DNA from: Candidatus Lloydbacteria bacterium RIFCSPHIGHO2_02_FULL_50_18
GTDB lineage: Bacteria; Patescibacteriota; Minisyncoccia; Phycocordibacterales; UBA6899
DNA: 64,000 nt
Direction: 5' to 3'
NCBI GenBank assembly: GCA_001821395.1
Contig: MHLM01000001.1
Coordinates: forward strand, 96,001-160,000
Below the pieces are notes generated by a model. It was not told the origin of the DNA. It searched no databases and worked only from the letters and a program-made list of their open reading frames with translations. This document shows, piece after piece, positions 57,694 through 64,000 of the stretch. Position 1 is the stretch's first letter. Each line of letters opens with the position of its first letter. Position numbers and translations under genes: made by a program.

Positions 57694-57849
57694 TTACTTC
57701 TTTGCTTCTTTGAACGTGACGCGCTTGCGGAGTTTTGCGCTGTATTTCTTGAGTTCGATCTTGCGCGTGACGAGCTTCTTATTCTTGCTGGTCCAGTAGA
57801 CCTCGCCTGTTTCCTTGTGTTTAAGCTGTATGAGATTATCTTGTGACAT
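57694..57849 (-). CDS. rpmG: 50S ribosomal protein L33 (Cys-less form)
   Basis: 51 aa: [51 protein letters not shown]. It was missed by the ORF track because it is under 60 aa. rpmG-tRNA-Trp synteny is common. Confidence 0.75.
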   Translation of the reverse strand: MSQDNLIQLKHKETGEVYWTSKNKKLVTRKIELKKYSAKLRKRVTFKEAKK

Positions 57850-57923
57850 ATGGGTCTTGTTAGGTGTTAGCAGGTTACCAAATACCCCTCAAAATGGCAA
57901 GTAGGGCCACCAAATAACAGACC

Positions 57924-59066
57924 CTAAATAACGTAAAATCGCTTGATGAGTGGATTCAGCCTCGTCACCACCTCATAATGCGTCGTAGCGGCAAATTGAG
58001 CCATTTCAGAGGACTCGATAAGCTCTTTGCCTTGTTTGCCGATGAGCACCACTTCATCCCCCATGCGCACGTTCGGAATGTCGGTCACGTCGACCACGAT
58101 CATGTCCATAGCGACACGCCCGACAATGCCGGCGCTTTTCCCCCCGATGAGTACCCTTCCCTTGCTCGACAACATCCTTGGTATTCCGTGCCAATACCCA
58201 ACAGGGATCACCGCAAGCCGCGAATCGCGCCGGAGCATCTCCGTAGAGTCATACCCCACGCGCTCACCTTTCTTTACCTCCTTAACCTCGCCGACAACGG
58301 CCTTCCAGGCAAGTACGGGATACAGGGCGATCGACCGCGACAGATGGTACTTCGCCTCATCAGACGGCCAGAGCCCATAGCAGCCAATACCGATGCGTAC
58401 CATATCGTAATGCGTATTCGGATAAAGCATCGCGCCGCCCGTTGCCGCAGCATGACAGATCGGGTCGTGCCCCGCTTCATAGAATAATACTTTCCACTTT
58501 TCAAATTCAGCCGCTTGCCGTTTCGTAGCATCGCTATTCCTCGGGTTTTTTGCTTCAGCGAAATGGGTGTACAGACCTTCGACACGAAAAATACGGAGTG
58601 GAGTTTGAGCAATTTCACGAAGTAGCTTTAGTGCTTCTTCCATCTGGAATCCTTGACGATGCATTCCGGTATCGACCTTGATGTGTACGAGGAGTGGTTT
58701 TTTTGACGGTGGTAATTTGCACACCTCTTTGAACTGAGCAAAAGAAGATATCGTAATACTGATGTTGTGTTTTCTCGCGTCACGGTAAAGTGAAGGCAAC
58801 GTGAAACCGAGAACGAGGATGGGTACATTGATTCCATTTTTTCGTAACGCCATCGCTTCGGTGATCGAATCAACACCAAGCCAGTCAGCGCCGAGGCGCA
58901 CCATTTCCGGCGCAAATTCATGCAGATTGTGCCCATACGCATTCGACTTCACCACCGCCATCATCATCGTCTTCTTCCCGATCAACTTCCGAAACGTACG
59001 ATAATTTTTCGCTATCGCGCGTTTGTCGACCTCGATCCATGTACGTAAATTCTCTGCATATTTCAT
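57924..59066 (-). CDS. alr: Alanine racemase
   Basis: PLP-Lys motif AVVKSNAYGHN and a C-terminal beta domain. The start is at MKYAENL. Confidence 0.85.
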   Translation of the reverse strand: MKYAENLRTWIEVDKRAIAKNYRTFRKLIGKKTMMMAVVKSNAYGHNLHEFAPEMVRLGADWLGVDSITEAMALRKNGINVPILVLGFTLPSLYRDARKHNISITISSFAQFKEVCKLPPSKKPLLVHIKVDTGMHRQGFQMEEALKLLREIAQTPLRIFRVEGLYTHFAEAKNPRNSDATKRQAAEFEKWKVLFYEAGHDPICHAAATGGAMLYPNTHYDMVRIGIGCYGLWPSDEAKYHLSRSIALYPVLAWKAVVGEVKEVKKGERVGYDSTEMLRRDSRLAVIPVGYWHGIPRMLSSKGRVLIGGKSAGIVGRVAMDMIVVDVTDIPNVRMGDEVVLIGKQGKELIESSEMAQFAATTHYEVVTRLNPLIKRFYVI

Positions 59067-59261
59067 AACAACATCATAACACTGAACAAACGATATGGAG
59101 CAGACTTTAGGCCTCAATGCGATTGAATAGCTATGCACCGATTGCAATACAGAGGGATGTCGCAACCGAAAGCACGGCGATGGCGAATCATTCTATGACA
59201 GCAATACGACGAAACGGTGTTTTACAAATAAAGACGAAGCTGTTATATTGCATTCACAAAT

Positions 59262-59348
59262 GCGTAGGTGGCGGAGCGGTCAATCGCAATAGACTGTAAA
59301 TCTATCGTCCTATGGGCTACGCAGGTTCGAATCCTGCCCTACGCACCA
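59262..59348 (+). tRNA. tRNA-Tyr (anticodon GUA), CCA encoded
   Basis: Acceptor GCGUAGG/CCUACGC, anticodon loop CU-GUA-AA, a long variable arm, and T-arm GCAGG-UUCGAAU-CCUGC, with CCA. Confidence 0.8.
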
Positions 59349-59388
59349 AATAAAATGAGCATCCCTTCCGAGGGATGCTCATTTTATT
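59349..59388 (+). terminator. Long perfect hairpin downstream of tRNA-Tyr
   Basis: aataaaatgagcatccct-tccg-agggatgctcattttatt, an 18-bp stem. Confidence 0.6.
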
Positions 59389-59390
59389 AT

Positions 59391-59560
59391 GCGTAGAGCA
59401 AGCGAAGCTTGCGGGCAGGATTCGAAGACCCTGAGTTTATCGTAGCGAGCTTGTCCTCAAGCGATGCGAGATTCGAAGGGTGTACTGTCCATGTAATGGA
59501 AGAAACTCCTGCCCTTTCAATATGGCTTCCGGCAGGATTCGAAGCCGTTCTCCCATGTTT
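59391..59560. repeat. Three degenerate ~58-nt tandem repeats with tRNA-Tyr T-arm-like cores (caggattcgaag)
   Basis: gcgggcaggattcgaag (59413), gcgagattcgaag (59466) and ccggcaggattcgaag (59530), compared with the tRNA-Tyr gcaggttcgaatcc. Confidence 0.55.
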
Positions 59561-59663
59561 TTGAGCGATGGCTTTGCATCGTGAAAAAATGGGCGACATT
59601 GTTTACTTGCGAACAAACCGACCCTATGGTCGGTTTTACGTATGGTGTCCAGATATATGCCCT

Positions 59664-61778
59664 CTAAATAGCACCACTCTTACATTGCTTACATAAGTCA
59701 CGTACATTCTCGGGAACATAATCACACGACGGTGCGAGTTTGAAATTCTCGCAGACATTTGCGGGCATTCCGCCACCCGACGCGCCAGCAGGAGGCATCA
59801 TACCGGTCGGAATTCCTGCGGGAAGCTCTCCGCTCTTTGGAACTCCCTCGGGACGATAACCTGCTTCGGGGATGCCCTCCTTAGGAATACCCGCTGGCAT
59901 TCCGGCAGGTCTAAAACTCTGCATGCACTCAGCGATAAACGGCTGTACGTCTTCCGGTCCTCGTATTGTAGAAACATCACCGATCTTCGACTTGATACAG
60001 TCACGCATTTCCGCTGGCGCCTGCTCGAGCATCTTATCCATTATTGCAGTCGCATTAGCCGCACATGATTGAAATGCATTCCCCATGTCGGGAGAAAGCT
60101 CGATGCCGTCTCCATTCATGATCTTTTCTACGACATCTTTTCCAAGTTTCTCTTCGATACATGCGCGCATTTCCGGCGGCATCTTCTCAAGACCTTCGCG
60201 CGCCTGTTGCATTCCGCTCTCACGCATGGACTCAAAACACTTTCTCACGATATCTCCGCTTTGCGCATCCATTTCCCCACCCGAAAGCATCTTATCGAGC
60301 CCGCTCGACCCAAGCCCTTTTTCGATACAGGCTTTTGCCTCGGGTGTTGCGATATCCATCGCTGCACTTATCTTTTCTTTTATCTTAGGCATCATATCTG
60401 CCATGCAACCCTTGATCAACTGACCCATATTTTGTGTGGGCATGAACGTACCTTCTGATATCTTTGCCAGCGCTTCTTCTCCTAATTTTTCCTTTAGGCA
60501 TACACGCGCTTCTTCAGGAAGCTGCGGCAAACCGGCACGCAATTGACCCATTCCATCTTTGATCTCTTTCAATTGCTCGGCTGGAATGAGGCCATACTTT
60601 TCGGCAAACTTAAAACATTCTTCCTGGTGCGACGTATCATTACAATACGCCTCACAAGTTTCACGAGAACGGCACCCACCGGGACCCTCTCCGCCGGTCT
60701 TCCTCGCCATCTCGGCATCTTCCTTTGAAATGAGCCCTGCTTTCTCGGCGAAGTTCACACATTCATCGGCATGATCACTTTCGGAACAATATGCTTCACA
60801 AAGCGCTTTTGTTGTGCACTTTCCGGGAGTTTCACCCGACTTCATAAATGGGAGTACTCTGCGCGACTCTGCGACATCTTTTGGATCAATGAACCCTGCT
60901 TTCTCGGCAAACGTGAGACATTCATCAGCATGGGTCGTATCAGCGCAATATGATTCACATGATTTTTTGTCTGTGCAGCCACCCGGAAGCGTCGCGCCTT
61001 CTGCAAGTACTCTGGATATCCGTTTCGCGTCCTGCAATACATCTTTCGGTATCAGGTTGTGTCGTTCTGCAAATAAGAGGCATTCATCCAAATGCGCGAC
61101 TCCATTGCAGTACGCCTCGCATGTTTTTTGGTCCTTACATGCACCGGGACCGTCTCCTCGGAGAACATCGGCAAACTCCCTCGCGCGAGCAGCCTCTTCC
61201 TTTGAGATCATGCCATTTTCTTCCGCATAATCCGTACACGCTACGATGTGCGCCTTGTCATCACAGTACGTCTTGCAGGACGACTGGTCCTTACAATTTC
61301 CGAGCTTAGTGATGGGAAATTTATTCTTCTCAGTTTCCGATCGCTGCAGATGCCCGACCGCACCAAACACACTATCGGTCACGACACCGTCATTGGTGAA
61401 CGTATACACGCGCCCCCACAAATTCAACCTCATATCATCGGGACGCTGCGTCTGATACGAAGTGGAATATATCCCTTTTGTACCCTCGTTGAAACCACTG
61501 ACGCTCCAGTTCATGTCGGCGGCAGTGTATCGAATCGTATATATTTTTCCTGCCATGAGCGTTCCCATGGGGTCGCTCGAACCCTTCCAGCCGGAATCAT
61601 CAAAATTGGCTGTATCAAAATTCACGTAAAATGTTTTTCCCGACTTGATGTACGACTGCCATGGCCCGAGTTCGGGTGCCGCAAACGCAACGATCACCGA
61701 GCTCATGAATATTCCCGCACAAACGATCAGCACTGCAATGTGTCCTGCGAGCACATTCTTCATGTGAAAATTTTTCAT
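59664..61778 (-). CDS. Secreted Cys/His/Met-rich tandem-repeat protein (704 aa)
   Basis: Signal peptide MKNFHMKNVLAGHIAVLIVCAGIF. It has at least six ~45-aa modules G-x-C-x6-C-x3-C-x5-H-x3-C-x2-FAEK-x-G-(L/I)-I, followed by four P-E-x3-C-I-x2-K-L-G modules and a Met/Pro/Gly-rich tail. Confidence 0.7.
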   Translation of the reverse strand: MKNFHMKNVLAGHIAVLIVCAGIFMSSVIVAFAAPELGPWQSYIKSGKTFYVNFDTANFDDSGWKGSSDPMGTLMAGKIYTIRYTAADMNWSVSGFNEGTKGIYSTSYQTQRPDDMRLNLWGRVYTFTNDGVVTDSVFGAVGHLQRSETEKNKFPITKLGNCKDQSSCKTYCDDKAHIVACTDYAEENGMISKEEAARAREFADVLRGDGPGACKDQKTCEAYCNGVAHLDECLLFAERHNLIPKDVLQDAKRISRVLAEGATLPGGCTDKKSCESYCADTTHADECLTFAEKAGFIDPKDVAESRRVLPFMKSGETPGKCTTKALCEAYCSESDHADECVNFAEKAGLISKEDAEMARKTGGEGPGGCRSRETCEAYCNDTSHQEECFKFAEKYGLIPAEQLKEIKDGMGQLRAGLPQLPEEARVCLKEKLGEEALAKISEGTFMPTQNMGQLIKGCMADMMPKIKEKISAAMDIATPEAKACIEKGLGSSGLDKMLSGGEMDAQSGDIVRKCFESMRESGMQQAREGLEKMPPEMRACIEEKLGKDVVEKIMNGDGIELSPDMGNAFQSCAANATAIMDKMLEQAPAEMRDCIKSKIGDVSTIRGPEDVQPFIAECMQSFRPAGMPAGIPKEGIPEAGYRPEGVPKSGELPAGIPTGMMPPAGASGGGMPANVCENFKLAPSCDYVPENVRDLCKQCKSGAI

Positions 61779-61782
61779 ATCG

Positions 61783-62070
61783 CTAGAAAGGATTCTGATA
61801 AGTGTCGGTATACGGATTGACCGTTTTTTCGAACGGATTCGTATCAGGCATCTTTTCGACTGGATTGGATGCACCAGTTTTTTGATAAATATCTCCACCA
61901 AAAGATTCGGCGGGTACCGCCTCTGCCGGTGTGGCATTTGTATCACTTCCTGATAATGTGTTGTCGGTCCCCTTTTGAGAAGTACCGAAATAAAACCAAA
62001 ACATAAACCCTAAAATGACGGCGAACACGAGCGCGGCAAGCGCAAGTAGTACATTTTTTTTCATGATCAA
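61783..62070 (-). CDS. Small secreted hypothetical protein (95 aa)
   Basis: Signal peptide. Its stop lies 4 nt upstream of the start of the large gene. Confidence 0.5.
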   Translation of the reverse strand: MIMKKNVLLALAALVFAVILGFMFWFYFGTSQKGTDNTLSGSDTNATPAEAVPAESFGGDIYQKTGASNPVEKMPDTNPFEKTVNPYTDTYQNPF

Positions 62071-62228
62071 ATTTTATCATATCAAAAAGTATAGTGCGAA
62101 CAGCCGGACTCCACTATGTCGTACCTGATCGACAACATATCGTTACAGAGACACATCTTTACCAGGATCTCGATCATCAATTCAAAACGATGAGCTGTGA
62201 CCATAATGACCCAGCGACTCTGCTCAAA

Positions 62229-62253
62229 GAAAAACCGGCGTTCGCCGGTTTTT
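62229..62253. terminator. Bidirectional terminator after clpB
   Basis: aaaaa-ccggcgttcgccgg-ttttt. Confidence 0.75.
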
Positions 62254-62258
62254 CTTTA

Positions 62259-64000
62259 TTACACCTTCACATTGGACTTCACTCTCACTTTTGAGCGAAT
62301 GGGTTCTCTCTTTTTGTCCACCTTGATGTCGATCTCTTCGCCTTTCATTCCGACAGTGACTAACCCCCCGGACATCATACGTTCTCTGATGATCGCTGAA
62401 GCGACCGGAGTGAGGATCTTGTCTTGGATCAGTCTGCGAAGCGGCCGCGCACCATACTGCGGATTGTATCCGGCCTTTGCAAGATAGCCGAGCGCATCAT
62501 TCGAGATGACCAGCTTGATTTCTTTCGTGAGCAATCGTTCACGAAGTTTTTCAACCTGTAGCGTGACAATATTCTTCAGCGCTTCAGGAGAAAGAATATC
62601 AAACATGATGATGTCATCGAGACGATTCAGAAACTCGGGTCTGAAGTAATCTTTCAACCGAAGCATCACCTTGTCCTTGGTCTGGGTATATTCCTCCGCA
62701 TCGTTCGCATTACCAAAGCCGATCGTCTGCATCTTGTCGATGAATTCGCTTCCGATATTGGAAGTCATCACAATGACGGTATTCTTAAAGTTGACAACGC
62801 GACCCTTGGAATCAGTGAGTCGTCCATCGTCTAAGACTTGAAGCAGGATGTTGAATACCTCAGGATGGGCTTTTTCTATTTCGTCGAAAAGAATGACGGA
62901 GTACGGGCGATGGCGCACCATTTCAGTCAAATTGCCTGACTCTTCATAGCCCACATAGCCGGGAGGAGCTCCGATCAGCTTGGAAACGGCAAATTTCTCC
63001 ATGTATTCGGACATATCAACACGGATCATCGACTTCTCATCGTCGAAGAGAAATCCCGTAAGCGCCTTGGTAAGTTCGGTCTTACCGACTCCTGTTGGAC
63101 CCAAAAAGAGGAACGATCCAATCGGTCGACCCGGGTCGGCGATGCCGACACGCGAACGCTTGATAGCATCGGCGATCTTTTGGATGGCCGCATCCTGCCC
63201 GACCACGCGCTTGCGCAGCTCGTCCTCGATGCGGTTCAGCTTGGATGCCTCTTCCTCAAGCATGCGCGACAAAGGAACTCCGGTCCATTTCGAAACAACT
63301 TTGGCGATGTCCGGCTCGGTCACCTCCTCGTGCAATATCCGCCGTGAGCTTTGCAATTTTTTTAACTTGGCGGTTTTCTCGATCAGCGATTTTTCCAGTG
63401 CGGGAATTTTCCCATAACGGATCTCTGCCGCCTTCGCAAGATCACTACGCAATTCAGCATTTTCAGCCTCGAGTCGAAATGTTTCAAGCTCTTTTTTGAT
63501 ATTGCGGAGTGCTAACACAAGCTCTTTTTCATTCTTCCATTTTAATTCAAATTCACGCGTTTCTTCTTTGAGATCAGCAATCTCCTTGCTGATGATCTTC
63601 ATGCGGTCCTTTGCCTTTTTCCCCGCAGCGCCTTCGGACTCCTGTTTCAAGGCTTCATTTTCAATTTCCAGGCGCATGATCTTGCGATGTGTCTGCTCAA
63701 GGATCGTTGGCTTGTTTTCCAATTCGATGCGCAGTGACGATGCGGCTTCGTCGATAAGATCGACCGCCTTGTCGGGAAGAAAACGATCGGAGATATAACG
63801 GCTCGACAGATTCACTGCCGCCAAGATAGAGTCATCGGTGATCTTCACGCCGTGAAATATCTCGTATTTCTCCTTGAGTCCGCGCAAAATAGCCACCGCA
63901 TCCTCGATCGAGGGTTCGTTGATATAGACCGGCTGAAAACGTCGCGTAAGCGCCGGGTCCTTTTCGATATATTTTTGATACTCCTTAAGTGTGGTCGCAC
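62259..64000 (-). CDS. clpB: Chaperone ClpB (3' portion; N-terminus beyond window end)
   Basis: Reading frame open to position 64000: ...ATTLKEYQKYIEKDPALTRRFQPVYINEPSIEDAVAILRGLKEKYE..., then the middle coiled-coil domain and NBD2 with GPTGVGKTELTKALT and ILFDEIEKAHPEVFNILLQVLDDG. Confidence 0.9.
   Translation of the reverse strand, partial: ATTLKEYQKYIEKDPALTRRFQPVYINEPSIEDAVAILRGLKEKYEIFHGVKITDDSILAAVNLSSRYISDRFLPDKAVDLIDEAASSLRIELENKPTILEQTHRKIMRLEIENEALKQESEGAAGKKAKDRMKIISKEIADLKEETREFELKWKNEKELVLALRNIKKELETFRLEAENAELRSDLAKAAEIRYGKIPALEKSLIEKTAKLKKLQSSRRILHEEVTEPDIAKVVSKWTGVPLSRMLEEEASKLNRIEDELRKRVVGQDAAIQKIADAIKRSRVGIADPGRPIGSFLFLGPTGVGKTELTKALTGFLFDDEKSMIRVDMSEYMEKFAVSKLIGAPPGYVGYEESGNLTEMVRHRPYSVILFDEIEKAHPEVFNILLQVLDDGRLTDSKGRVVNFKNTVIVMTSNIGSEFIDKMQTIGFGNANDAEEYTQTKDKVMLRLKDYFRPEFLNRLDDIIMFDILSPEALKNIVTLQVEKLRERLLTKEIKLVISNDALGYLAKAGYNPQYGARPLRRLIQDKILTPVASAIIRERMMSGGLVTVGMKGEEIDIKVDKKREPIRSKVRVKSNVKV

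Noticed and set aside
59387-59599. 70-aa minus-strand ORF downstream of tRNA-Tyr
   Set aside because: It lies over the degenerate tandem repeats and hairpin. There is no start context, so it is probably non-coding.

Overview
This 64 kb bacterial window is densely coding and rich in minus-strand genes. Its gene content (Cys-less ribosomal protein L33, a type IV pilus module, short Rel and DnaX) suggests a small-genome bacterium, possibly CPR/Patescibacteria-like; that placement is inference. All gene family assignments are from reading the translations (no searches were run), and motif matches are stated in each feature.

Housekeeping genes recognised from their translations:
- dnaB, recR, rplU, rmuC, a Ca/Mg-type P-type ATPase, a GGDEF diguanylate cyclase, yqeY, LOG, HAD, YgjP/DUF45, dus, serS, dprA-topA, rel, parB, cdd, peroxiredoxin, miaA, alr, rpmG, dnaX, and a 3' partial clpB running off the window end.
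- Four tRNAs: Gln(UUG), Leu(CAA), Trp(CCA) and Tyr(GUA).

Accessory and unusual content:
1. A tandemly duplicated signalling module at 12.7-18 kb. It holds two paralogous Cache-HAMP 'histidine kinases' whose H-box His is replaced by Gln (one also has degenerate ATP-lid motifs), a PAS protein, and a decayed PAS fragment. A canonical CHASE-PAS histidine kinase follows at 18.2-21.3 kb.
2. A type IV pilus module at 21.5-27.7 kb: four prepilin-like genes (one of 567 aa), pilC, pilB and a CheY-like receiver. It is followed by a third Cache-HAMP paralog whose kinase is replaced by a coiled coil.
3. A roughly 6 kb tRNA-Gln-associated island at 29.9-35.9 kb. It is bounded by a 17-nt direct repeat of the tRNA 3' end and carries a MacAB/HlyD-type efflux cassette plus MarR. 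Further internal repeats lie inside it.
4. Partial tRNA duplications and degenerate tRNA-derived repeat arrays at the tRNA-Leu, tRNA-Trp and tRNA-Tyr loci.
5. A diverged duplicate of the topA 3' end flanking a 145-bp triple-hairpin insert.
6. A membrane-anchored ClpA/B-like AAA+ protein with a degenerate first Walker A, paired with a small membrane protein.
7. A metallothionein-like 72-aa protein translationally coupled to a Lys/Ala-rich histone-H1-like protein.
8. A 704-aa secreted protein built of tandem Cys/His modules and Met-rich repeats.
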